Of a stretch of 64,000 bases of DNA, positions 9,677 to 19,900 are shown one piece after another (the stretch's first letter is position 1; each line of letters begins with the position of its first letter). The notes under the pieces are model-generated. The model saw nothing but the letters and a program-made list of their open reading frames with translations, was not told where the DNA came from and did no database searches. The translations under genes were made by a program, and so were the position numbers. Origin of the DNA: Caldisericia bacterium (GTDB taxonomy: Bacteria; Caldisericota; Caldisericia; JAAYUI01); assembly GCA_963674785.1 (NCBI GenBank), contig OY771555.1, forward strand, positions 1,984,001 to 2,048,000, given 5' to 3'.

Positions 9677-11130
9677 TTCACAATCACCAGAAAATATGTA
9701 ATATATTAGCCGTGAATATAATACTGTCAAAACAAGAGTTGATAAAGAAGGCAAAAGAAGTCTTAAAATCGGTTGTCGGGGATATAAGAATTCACCCTGA
9801 ATCTATGATTGTTGGTGGAACTGTTAGGGATATTCTTCTTGGAAGAACCCCCAAAGACATTGATATTGCTACTCCGGAGACAACTGAACTGGTAAGAATA
9901 CTTACTGAAAAAGGTTTCACCCACGTTCTTTTGGATGAAGATAGGGACATTCATCGTATGGTGAAAAACGGCACACATGTCGATATCACACCTTTGAAAG
10001 AGGGCAACATTACAGACCTTCTCACACGTGATTTCACGATAAACGCTATCGGAATCATCATCAAAACATGGCAAGTTCTCGATCCGCAAAAAGGATTACC
10101 GGATTTATCAAAAGGACTGATAAGAACCCTTAACGAAGAAAGATTTATCAACGATCCACTTAGGATGATCAGGGCTTTTAGGATTGCAGCTGACATTAAC
10201 TTCCAAATTGATCCTGTAACGCTCAGAATGATTACCAAGCATTCACATCTTATAAACACAACAAGTATGGAACGTATAAGAGAAGAGCTTTGCTGGACTT
10301 TTGAAGCTCCTATGTCGTTTCGATTACTTGAGGGTTTAAATAGATCACATCTATTAGATCGAATCCTACCCGAGTTTTCAAAGGTCAAACGGGTGCCATC
10401 AAACTCACCCCAAATGACAGGTCTTGCAGAACACCTTCTTTGGACATACAAGTACTTTGAAGATATAATGGCCAACCTTGATGATGTACTTCTTGAACAT
10501 GCAGACTCGGCAAGAGAGCTGCTCTGCAAAGAAATCGGTGGAGGTCATTCTCTCTTCATTATTGTTAAGTTAACTGCTCTGCTTCATGACATCGGTAAAC
10601 CACAAACCATGACAACTGATGATAATGTTCACTTCATTGGTCACGATGAAGTTGGAGCAAAAATGATTTCTGAGCGCATGAAAAAACTTAGGTTTTCTAG
10701 TGCAGAGATCGCCGTTGCAGAGACACTCGTCAAAGAACACATGAGACCACACAACCTCGCCAAACTTGATAAGGTCTCAAAACGAGCGATTTACAGATTC
10801 TTCAGAGACCTCGATTATCTTGCAATCCCAAGTCTTTTAATTGCTCTTGCCGATGCCTATGCAACCGAGATGTTACCCTGGGGTTCACTTGAAGCTTATG
10901 CTGAATTCATAAGGGCAATGATCTCTGAGTCAATTGTAATTGGCAAACCAAAACCAATTCTTTCCGGTAAAGACATAATGAAAAAACTCTCACTTGAACC
11001 TGGTCCGATGGTTGGAAAGATACAAACTGACCTACTTGAAGCACAGGCTCTTGGAAAAATTCAAACAGAAAAAGAAGCTTTGACCTTCATAAAGGAAAGG
11101 TTTGATTCATATGAATCAAAAAAGAAATAG
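9649..11130 (+). CDS. cca: CCA-adding/poly(A) polymerase-family nucleotidyltransferase with HD domain
   Basis: VGGTVRD, DIDI, RDFTINA, DPLRMIRAFR, LLHDIGK; true start probably downstream of 9649. Confidence 0.88.
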   Translation: MKCKIRFYSLHNHQKICNILAVNIILSKQELIKKAKEVLKSVVGDIRIHPESMIVGGTVRDILLGRTPKDIDIATPETTELVRILTEKGFTHVLLDEDRDIHRMVKNGTHVDITPLKEGNITDLLTRDFTINAIGIIIKTWQVLDPQKGLPDLSKGLIRTLNEERFINDPLRMIRAFRIAADINFQIDPVTLRMITKHSHLINTTSMERIREELCWTFEAPMSFRLLEGLNRSHLLDRILPEFSKVKRVPSNSPQMTGLAEHLLWTYKYFEDIMANLDDVLLEHADSARELLCKEIGGGHSLFIIVKLTALLHDIGKPQTMTTDDNVHFIGHDEVGAKMISERMKKLRFSSAEIAVAETLVKEHMRPHNLAKLDKVSKRAIYRFFRDLDYLAIPSLLIALADAYATEMLPWGSLEAYAEFIRAMISESIVIGKPKPILSGKDIMKKLSLEPGPMVGKIQTDLLEAQALGKIQTEKEALTFIKERFDSYESKKK

Positions 11131-12172
11131 GTTTTCACCTCTGATCGATAACCTTGAAAAACTCATTTTCATCAACTCTCCATCGGGATACGAAAGTGAA
11201 ATTCAAGAGTTTTTCAAAGAGGTTCTTTCTGGCTCCAACTTAAAAACATGGAGCGATGGAAGAAACGCATACGGAATAATTGGAAACCTCAAAAACGATA
11301 AACCTCGAATTCTGATTTCAGCCCACTGTGATGAAATATGCATGCATGTAAAAAGTATCACCGAAGAGGGATTCATAACGATCACAGAAAACACTGGATT
11401 TAAAAAAGTTCTTCCAGGATTAGAAGTCGTTGTTAAAGGTAAGAAGGATATCCCCGCAGTCATTGGAAGCAAACCACCTCATCTTCTTTGTGCTGGAGAA
11501 ACAGCGAAGCTCAACCCAATTGATGGTCTTCTCGTTGATACTGGTTTATCAAGAGCCGAAATTATCGAATCGATATCTGTCGGCGACCCTGTGCTTTATA
11601 GAAAACAGTTTCTTGAACTGAAAAACAACAGGTTTGCCGGGACTGGAATTGATAACAAGGTTAGTGTTGAGATACTCATCGAGCTTGCAAAAAAGCTTGC
11701 AAATGTCAATCTTCCAGTAAATGTTATTTTTGCCTGTACTTCATTTGAAGAGATCGGAAGCATGGGGGCATCACTTGCATTTGAAAACATCAAACCAGAC
11801 ATAGCATTATCAATTGACACTTTCAGCGCAAACCAATTTGGTAATAAAACTCTCAATAATTCAGAGATTATCAACAACCTCCATATCGGAAATGGTGCAT
11901 TGATGAATCAAGAGATTTCAGATGCCCTATTTGAAACCGCAAAAAACCTAAAAATCAAAACAAATAACATGATTTTTGAAGGACTTGGTGGCGAGATAAA
12001 AAAATATATTTTCACCGATCTTGGTTGTCCATCAGGAATCCTCTCCCTGCCAATTAGAAACCTTCATCAACCAGTCGAGATGTTTGATGCAAACATGGCT
12101 TACGACTGCATTTCTGTGCTTGATGAATTCTTAAGGGGAGTACCAGAGAATCTGAAAGGGCTGATGGCATAA
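11111..12172 (+). CDS. M42 family aminopeptidase 1
   Basis: SPSGYE, AHCDE, DNK, EEIG, RNLHQP. Confidence 0.88.
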   Translation: MNQKRNRFSPLIDNLEKLIFINSPSGYESEIQEFFKEVLSGSNLKTWSDGRNAYGIIGNLKNDKPRILISAHCDEICMHVKSITEEGFITITENTGFKKVLPGLEVVVKGKKDIPAVIGSKPPHLLCAGETAKLNPIDGLLVDTGLSRAEIIESISVGDPVLYRKQFLELKNNRFAGTGIDNKVSVEILIELAKKLANVNLPVNVIFACTSFEEIGSMGASLAFENIKPDIALSIDTFSANQFGNKTLNNSEIINNLHIGNGALMNQEISDALFETAKNLKIKTNNMIFEGLGGEIKKYIFTDLGCPSGILSLPIRNLHQPVEMFDANMAYDCISVLDEFLRGVPENLKGLMA

Positions 12173-13212
12173 TGGAATTACTAAGAAAACTTTCAGATGT
12201 CTTTGGACCACCTGGAGCTGAAAGTGAAGTCCGAGATGTATTAATAGAATACATTACCAGCAAAATGGACATACCGCATGAGATTGACAACCTCGGAAGT
12301 CTATATTTCGTAAAAAAAGGCAAAGTAGATAAACCTGTCATAATGCTTGATGGTCATATGGACGAAGTTGGTCTTTTTGTCGTTGGGCACACTTCTGATG
12401 GGTACCTGCAGTTCAGAGGTGCAGGAGGACTCGACCCAAGAGTTCTTCCTGGAAAAAGCGTTCTTATTGGTAAAGAAAGAATTCCAGGAATAATCGGAAC
12501 CACCCCACCACATTGTGAACTCAGAAAACCCATTACCCAGAGAGACAAAACAACTCCCATTGAAGGGCATGCGATCGACATCGGGGCAAACTCCAAAGAT
12601 GAAGCAATATCAATAGCCCCAAAAAACACTCGAATAATGTTTAATACCCAGTTTGAAGATTGGGGAGAAACTCTCAAAGGGAAATCATTTGACGACAGGC
12701 TTGGCTGCTGGGCTATTGCAAGGGTTTTTACAGAGCTTGAGACAGACTGCACTCTTGTTGCTAGCTTCACAATGGGTGAAGAGATAGGAATGGTTGGGGC
12801 AAGACTTGCTGCAAGAAGATTTAAACCCGATCTCGTTATTGAGCTTGAAGGAACTGCAGCGGGAGATATGCCAGATGTTGCAAATCACATGGTCTGTACA
12901 AAAATGGGTGGCGGCCCAGTGCTCACCTTTGAAGACAGAAGCACCATCATTCCAAGGTACATCAGAAAAGCACTTGAAGAGACCGCAGATATTGAAGGAA
13001 TCCAGTATCAATATAAAGGCACAGTCACAGGTGGCACTAACGCTGGAATAATGCAGTACGAAAACGGTGGCACAAAATGTGTTGTTATCGCAGCAGGATG
13101 TCGATATATTCACGCCCCTGTATCACTTATGAGCAAATCTGATGCAAATAACATTGTTAAGCTAACAAAAGCTTTCATCAAAAGAATTGATGATGGAGAT
13201 GTAGTAATATGA
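12172..13212 (+). CDS. M42 family aminopeptidase 2
   Basis: GHMDEVG, DDR, EEIG, RYIHAP. Confidence 0.92.
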   Translation: MELLRKLSDVFGPPGAESEVRDVLIEYITSKMDIPHEIDNLGSLYFVKKGKVDKPVIMLDGHMDEVGLFVVGHTSDGYLQFRGAGGLDPRVLPGKSVLIGKERIPGIIGTTPPHCELRKPITQRDKTTPIEGHAIDIGANSKDEAISIAPKNTRIMFNTQFEDWGETLKGKSFDDRLGCWAIARVFTELETDCTLVASFTMGEEIGMVGARLAARRFKPDLVIELEGTAAGDMPDVANHMVCTKMGGGPVLTFEDRSTIIPRYIRKALEETADIEGIQYQYKGTVTGGTNAGIMQYENGGTKCVVIAAGCRYIHAPVSLMSKSDANNIVKLTKAFIKRIDDGDVVI

Positions 13213-14192
13213 TAGATACAATAAACAAACTAATTCACATTCATTCGCCATCTGGGTCTGAAAACCTTCTCGGAGAGGTTGTCACCGAATCACTAGCGCC
13301 AAAGATATGTGAAATGGATTTCATGGGAAATCTAACATGCAGAGTTGAGGGAGAGGGGACGAAGGTATTAATAGTCTCATCAATGGATGAACCATCGCTT
13401 GTTGCCACCTACATCGAATCAGATGGCTTCATAAGATTTTATCCATCAGGTAATTTGAGGATTTCAGATGTTCTCGGAAGACAAGTTGTTTTTCCATCAG
13501 GAATCTCAGGATATGTAGGTGTCGAAAACAATATGGACATCAAAGAAATCACTGGCTTCGACAAACTCTTCATAGATATTGGAACAAAAAATAAAAAACA
13601 GTCTGCTGAATATGTTGATATTGGTGATCATACATCGTTTAATATCCCGACCAGAGCAGAGGACAATTCGATTCTTGGAAGAGATGACCTCAAACTTCCA
13701 ATCGCCGTTTCAATAGCAACAGCAAATGAAGTTGGACAAACACAGAATAATCTTGTTTTCGCATATGCTGTCCAGGACAAGATTGGCGGACGCGGAGCAG
13801 CAGTAATCACAAACAAGGAAAAACCAGACCTCATAATCAACCTCTGCGTAGCAACTGCAACGGATACACCCGTCCATAAACAGAAAGGCAGTATTTCAAT
13901 AGGAGCCGGACCTGTGTTGATTGCAGATGGCTCGGACATAATGAGACATTATCCTACAAACAACCTCATTAAAGAAATTGCAAGTTCAAGCAACATCCCA
14001 CTTCAAGTAACAGTATCAAATGGGTTAAATGTAACAGAGCAAAGAATGAATAACATTCATGCTGGAATCCCACTTGTCACACTCGCAATACCAGTCAGAA
14101 AATATGGAAAATTCGGTGCAATTGGAGATACAAGAGACGCAGTTGATACTTCAAAATTACTTACTAAGATTCTTAGGAAGAAACTGATGTAG
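13209..14192 (+). CDS. M42 family peptidase homolog 3 (metal ligands degenerate)
   Basis: SPSGSE, SSMDE, LFIDIG, QDKIGGRGA; His and EE ligands replaced. Confidence 0.8.
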   Translation: MIDTINKLIHIHSPSGSENLLGEVVTESLAPKICEMDFMGNLTCRVEGEGTKVLIVSSMDEPSLVATYIESDGFIRFYPSGNLRISDVLGRQVVFPSGISGYVGVENNMDIKEITGFDKLFIDIGTKNKKQSAEYVDIGDHTSFNIPTRAEDNSILGRDDLKLPIAVSIATANEVGQTQNNLVFAYAVQDKIGGRGAAVITNKEKPDLIINLCVATATDTPVHKQKGSISIGAGPVLIADGSDIMRHYPTNNLIKEIASSSNIPLQVTVSNGLNVTEQRMNNIHAGIPLVTLAIPVRKYGKFGAIGDTRDAVDTSKLLTKILRKKLM

Positions 14193-14221
14193 GAAAGAAT
14201 TCCAATTAAGGAGGAAGTTTG

Positions 14222-15325
14222 ATGAAGAAAACTCCACTTTATGATATTCATGTTGAATCAGGCGCAAAAATGGTGCCTTTTGCAGGCTATGAAATGCCAA
14301 TCCAGTACACATCAATTCTTAAGGAGCACGAAGCTGTAAGAAGTCATGTTGGTTTATTTGATGTCTCACATATGGGTGAGATCGAAATCAAGGGAAAAGA
14401 TGCTGTAAAACTCGCAGAAACGGTTTGTTCAAACAATGTCAGAGATATGAATCCTGGTGACATCAAGTACACAGTGCTTTGCAACAAAGATGGCGGTGTG
14501 ATTGACGACCTTTTCATTCACTATATAAGCAAAAACAACATCTTCCTGGTTGTGAATGCAAGCAATGTTGATAAAGATTTTGCATGGATCAAGTCCCATG
14601 AAACAGATGGTGCAAAAGTAACAAATCTTTCAGATGAATACGCTGAACTCGCACTGCAGGGACCAGATGCCTATAAGGTGATTGAGAAAATTACAGATTT
14701 TGATGCACCAAGTCTTCCATATTTTACATTCACCGAAAACAAGGTCAGTGGAATGCCTGCACTTATAGCAAGAACTGGGTACACCGGTGAAGATGGCTTT
14801 GAGCTCTATGTAAAAAATGAGTACGCCAAAGAGCTTTGGAAGGCTGTCATGGAAGCAGGTAAAGAGTTTAATATTCAGCCAATCGGACTGGGTGCAAGAG
14901 ACACTCTCAGGTTTGAAGTAAACTACTGGCTTTATGGCAATGAGCTCAGTGAAACTATCAGTCCACTTGATGCTGGTCAGAAATTTGTTCTTGATTTTGA
15001 AAAAGATTTCATTGGGAAAGATGCCATCCTAAAATACAAAGAAGATGGTAGAAAAATGAAACTCATCAGTCTCAAGATGCTCGAAAAAGGCGGAATTCCA
15101 AGACACGAACATAAGGTTTTTGATGGAGATAAAGAAATCGGTTTTATAACCTCTGGCGGAATGCTCCCAAGTGCTGGTTATATTGGAGCTATGGCATATG
15201 TTCCATTTGGAAAAGGCTACAAATCAGGCGAAAATATACAGGTTGATATTCGCGGGAAAAAACTTCAAGCAGAAATAATCAAGAAGCCATTTTATAAAGG
15301 AACTGCAGGAAAGGTTAGAAAGTGA
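14222..15325 (+). CDS. gcvT: Glycine cleavage aminomethyltransferase T
   Basis: KTPLY, FDVSHMG, RTGYTGEDGFE, GLGARDTLR. Confidence 0.97.
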   Translation: MKKTPLYDIHVESGAKMVPFAGYEMPIQYTSILKEHEAVRSHVGLFDVSHMGEIEIKGKDAVKLAETVCSNNVRDMNPGDIKYTVLCNKDGGVIDDLFIHYISKNNIFLVVNASNVDKDFAWIKSHETDGAKVTNLSDEYAELALQGPDAYKVIEKITDFDAPSLPYFTFTENKVSGMPALIARTGYTGEDGFELYVKNEYAKELWKAVMEAGKEFNIQPIGLGARDTLRFEVNYWLYGNELSETISPLDAGQKFVLDFEKDFIGKDAILKYKEDGRKMKLISLKMLEKGGIPRHEHKVFDGDKEIGFITSGGMLPSAGYIGAMAYVPFGKGYKSGENIQVDIRGKKLQAEIIKKPFYKGTAGKVRK

Positions 15326-16134
15326 GCAAAATCGAAGAACTCGAGCAGGTTTCAAAGCAAATTAGAAAAGATATTGTTTCGATGGTTCATGGTGCTGGAT
15401 CAGGTCACCCTGGTGGATCACTTTCGGCAACTGACCTCATGACGGCACTTTATTTTGATGTTGCAAACATTGACCCCAACAATCCAGAAAATCCCAACAG
15501 AGACCGTATAATCTACTCAAAAGCCCATGTTACTCCGCTTATATACTCTCTTCTCGCTCGAAGAGGTTTTTTCGATCCAAAAGACCTTGATACATTCAGA
15601 AAGTTCAAATCAAGTCTACAGGGACATCCTCACATTAAGTGTCTTCCCGGAATCGAATCATCAGGCGGATCCCTTGGCCAAGGAATCTCTGTTGCAATAG
15701 GGTTGGCACTCGCCGCAAAACTGGACAAACTTGATCATCGTGTTTACTGTATCCTTGGTGATGGCGAACACCAAGAAGGTGAAGTCTGGGAAGCCTATAT
15801 GTCAGCAGCCCACTACAAACTTGATAATCTCACGATAATTGTAGACAAGAATGGTCTAGAGATCGATGGTTTTACTAAGGATGTTATGAATATCGATCCA
15901 TTGAACAAAAAACTTGCATCATTTGGACTCGAAGTAATTGAAGTCGACGGACACAGTTTTGAATCGATCCTCGATGGTTTCAAAAAAGCAAAAGAGATAA
16001 AAGGCAAACCTCAAGCAATAATCGCGGATACTGTCAAGGGCAAAGGTGTATCATTTATGGAAAATGAAGCCGGGTGGCACGGCAAAGCACCTGATGCTGA
16101 CCAGATAAAAGTTGCCCTATCTGAGCTTGAGTAA
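15322..16134 (+). CDS. Transketolase N-terminal (TPP-binding) subunit
   Basis: SGHPGGSLS, LQGHP, GDGE..EG..WE, TVKGKG, WHG. Confidence 0.93.
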   Translation: MSKIEELEQVSKQIRKDIVSMVHGAGSGHPGGSLSATDLMTALYFDVANIDPNNPENPNRDRIIYSKAHVTPLIYSLLARRGFFDPKDLDTFRKFKSSLQGHPHIKCLPGIESSGGSLGQGISVAIGLALAAKLDKLDHRVYCILGDGEHQEGEVWEAYMSAAHYKLDNLTIIVDKNGLEIDGFTKDVMNIDPLNKKLASFGLEVIEVDGHSFESILDGFKKAKEIKGKPQAIIADTVKGKGVSFMENEAGWHGKAPDADQIKVALSELE

Positions 16135-16159
16135 TTCAAAATAAAAATCAAACAACAAC

Positions 16160-16188
16160 AAAAGCCCCTCACTTTGAGGGGCTTTTTT
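16160..16188. terminator. Intrinsic terminator after transketolase
   Basis: AAAGCCCCTCA-CTT-TGAGGGGCTTTTTT. Confidence 0.85.
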
Positions 16189-16206
16189 AATGCAAGTACA
16201 TTATAA

Positions 16207-16978
16207 ATATAAAACAACCCCCACCTTCTTTAGGTGGGGGTTGGGATTATCGCTTTGTACGATTTATTGGTTTATTCTGGCTTCGGTTGTTACAAGGTTA
16301 TGGACAAGGTATTTCAGATGCATCTATGGAGTCAGGGGTTATCTTGTAACAGTAGAAGTAGGAGCCTGCATATTTGTTTTGTAGTTCGATCTGGATTGTG
16401 TCATCGGTTGAGATTGAGAGGTCAATGCATTTTTCTTCTGCAGGTCTGTCGATTGTTGCTATGATGTCAACATCGTTTTCAAGTGATGTGATTCTGAGGG
16501 TGTATGGGCTACATCCACCAAATCTGTCTACTGTGACACAGAGTTTGTCACCATCATATGAGACATCGATATCTGGTTTTGGACATGTTACTGGTTCATC
16601 TGGTCTTCTGTAGACTATGAGTACTGACTGGTCTTGTACTTTGAGTCCTTCGGAACTTGTTGCAACTGCAGTATTGATTACTGAGACACCTGGGTTGATT
16701 TTGATATCGTCTCTGAGTTTGAGTACGAGGTCTACGAAGTATGTCTGGCTTGGGTTAAGCTGACCGATTGCCCATGTGATTTTGTTGAGACCAAGTGATC
16801 CTGCTGGAACTGAGCTTACATATTCAAGTTCTCTTGGGAACATATCTGTAAGAACAACGTTCATTGCTTCTCTGTCACCAACATTTTGTACTTTGAGTCT
16901 ATATTTGATCTTGTCGCCCTGAACTGCAAGGAATTTCTTTGATGTTTTTGAGATTGTGAGTTCTGGTTCACCAAGACA
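16207..16978. repeat. 772-bp direct repeat copy 1 (3' end, 3' UTR and terminator of large protein A)
   Basis: Matches 21364..22135 at offset 5157. Boundaries read base by base; alternative-frame ORFs in the track are identical in both copies. Confidence 0.92.
16211..16243 (-). terminator. Intrinsic terminator of large protein A
   Basis: Minus strand CAACCCCCACCT-AAAGA-AGGTGGGGGTTG then TTTT. Confidence 0.85.
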
Positions 16979-19900
16979 CACATTAGTGTACTGTGCATTT
17001 ACAGGTTCTGGTGCGGTTTCTGCGGATGTAACAGCAACGTTTGTGAGTCTTGTTCCTTTTTCAAGATGACCAACAGTAACTCTTACTGATATTGTAAATG
17101 ACTCATATGGGTCAAGATTTCCATCATCACTGATTGAGGTTGTCCACATGTTGTCGCCTAAATCTGGTGGTGGATTTGCATCGAGGAATGTTACACCCTG
17201 TGGATAGTTTTCGGTAACAATTACATTCTGCTGAGTAAATGGAGTATCGTTGGAAACTGTAATTGTATATGTAATAACTGAATCTGGGAGAACTGTGTCG
17301 GTTGGATATGCAGTCTTTTCAATTGAGAGTGATGGAATGATTGGAACCTGAAGAAGATGCATAATGTGTGCTCCGCCTTCTTCTTCGGTGGTTGGATATT
17401 TTGGCTGTGGATGTGGAGCACTTGGGTAGGCTGCACCTGTTACAGTTCCACAAGTTCTTGTTCTTGTATTCTGGTAATAATCCCAGTTACAAGATGGCTG
17501 CTGACCAGTATTCATGTTTGGAATCTCAGTTGGTACACATGGTCCAACTCCGTCAGTGAAATCAAACTCATCGGTTGGGTCAACCGTAACAAGCTCTGCA
17601 TCGCTACAAACTGCATATGGTCTATACCAAATCTCTGTATCATTACCAGCAAGATAAGAATTTTCAACATGTGTTAGTGGATCATAAAGTGGATTCACAA
17701 GTGGGTCATAAGCTGGGTCACCAAAGTCTCTCTGTTCAAGATTCCATCCCCAAGCGGAACCATCATTTGCATAATCAACATGGACATATTCATCCCAATA
17801 TGAGTCTTCAGTCCAGGCGATAGCAGTTTTGTTACCACCAAAGCTGAATGGTCTATTCCAGAACCACTGTGAGGCAAGCTGTTTACCAGCTGAATACCAC
17901 TCTGGGGCAGATGCCCTTGGGCTGAATCTATAGTCTGCTGGGAATCCAGGAGGAAGTGTTGCGGGAACGTAGTTTGGAACTGCATTTGCATTCCTTCTAT
18001 CACCAATTCTGTTTGGATCAGTATATGCCCACCATGCACCTTCTGGTGCTGGAAGTGGATTCATCCATAAGCGGTCACCTTCTGGAAGTCTGTCTGAACC
18101 AATCGCGAAGAAATCCCATTCAGGTTCCCATCGTCCCCTGTAAGCAGCTCCGCTTCCGCTATCACTTCCACATGGGTTGTTATCAGTTGATGTTCCTATA
18201 TGTGTAATATAGGCTTTTCCGCCACTATTATCATATTCCCATTCTGCGACATTCGGTGGAGTCCTAAATCCTGTAAATGTTGAAACTACATGGTTGCCTA
18301 CAGGTCTTCCTGCATCATAAGCACCATCTGAAATCATGATTCTTGAAAGTGGAAGGTTGTCGTTTTCAAAAATATAGAGAATTGCAAAACCATAGAGTCT
18401 TCCGCCACCCGACTGAGCCTGCTGATAGAGATTTGTGATATGAATATCATCATAGATATCATCGATGAATCTTGTTATATCAAATCTGAATGCGTTAAGT
18501 TCGTCTCCGCCACCACTATCACATCTTGCAGGGCTACCAGGGATTCCACCTCTGTTTGAGCCGATATATTCACCATAGCAATACTCCCATGGTGATGGGT
18601 TTATTGATTTACCTGGGTTAACAAGGATTGGTTCATGCTGCCAACCTGTTCCTGGGTTATAACCAGCATCGTTTGTGTAAAGATAAGCTGCAAGGAGATT
18701 TGAGTTTGAAGGAATATAGTCTGGTCTTGCAGTTTTGTTTGGAAGTCCATCTGTTTCTGGGATTGTGCTATCGGTTACAAACTGGCAATAATAATGTCTG
18801 CCAGATGCTGCAACAACATCGTTTGCAGAATTGTATCTGGTGGACTGAACAAGCAAAGCATGCCCAATGTTTCCAGTATATGCCGGGAGGTCCTGAACAA
18901 GCTGCTGGACTGCAGGAGCGTGCACATGCAGATAGAAAAATGGGCCTGTATTTGCGTATGAATAGGAATCAAACTCTAACCCAACACCATCAAATCGGTA
19001 AGCAATTCTGTGACTAGTAAATGTACCTCCTGGCCACGTGTCCCAATATGAACTATCAGTACCGCCACCAAGCGGGCCAACTTCCGCACCACCATCATAT
19101 GTAAAGTACATATAATCATTTGCATTTTCGCCATCACCTACAACAACAGCAGTATGGATTGCCGGACCTCTGTGTTCATCAGTCCAGTAAGTAACTGCTT
19201 CAGCTTCGTATGTTGATGGATCTCCATCTGTATCAACTGAATAAGTGATTATAAAGCCACCTTCATCTCCACCTACATTGATGAAATTGAGTCCTGCCGG
19301 GAGAGTTAAGCCGGCTTCCTGTGATGTAAGTCTGCCTGACGCTCCAAATGCAAGCCCAGGAATATTTGTGCCATATGCAGGAAGATATGTCCATGGAGGA
19401 TTACCAGAACCATCATGTGTTGGATGATACATTATGTCTGTCGTTTCATCATCATCGTCATCAATTTCAATAACTTCAATGTGAAGATCGCCTGCGATTC
19501 CCTGCTCAGCTCCACTATTTACGCCACCGGCAATTGTTTCATAAAGGAAAGGATAAGCTGGAGTAAATGAGCCCTGATCATCAGAATAATATGCACCAAA
19601 ATCACATATGAAATTTTCATTTCCGACATCAGCGGCAACATATGCAAGTCCACCATTGGGGTTTGATGGCCCACTTGGGACAAATACATGTGCCCCAGTA
19701 TGAGTTCTTACATCAAGAATGTTTTGTTTACCATACCAGATGGTTTCAAAATCTTCTTCTTCAACATTTGACTCTCCACCCATATCGATGTCATTAAACA
19801 GAACCTCTGTTGTGAACTGATTGTAAAGGGAGATATTATCATAGATACCAGCAGGGAGTACTCCCCATCCGCCACCATTCATGAACCAATAATCATAATA

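Noticed and set aside
14193-14221. Glycine riboswitch before gcvT
   Set aside because: The intergenic gap is under 30 nt; no room
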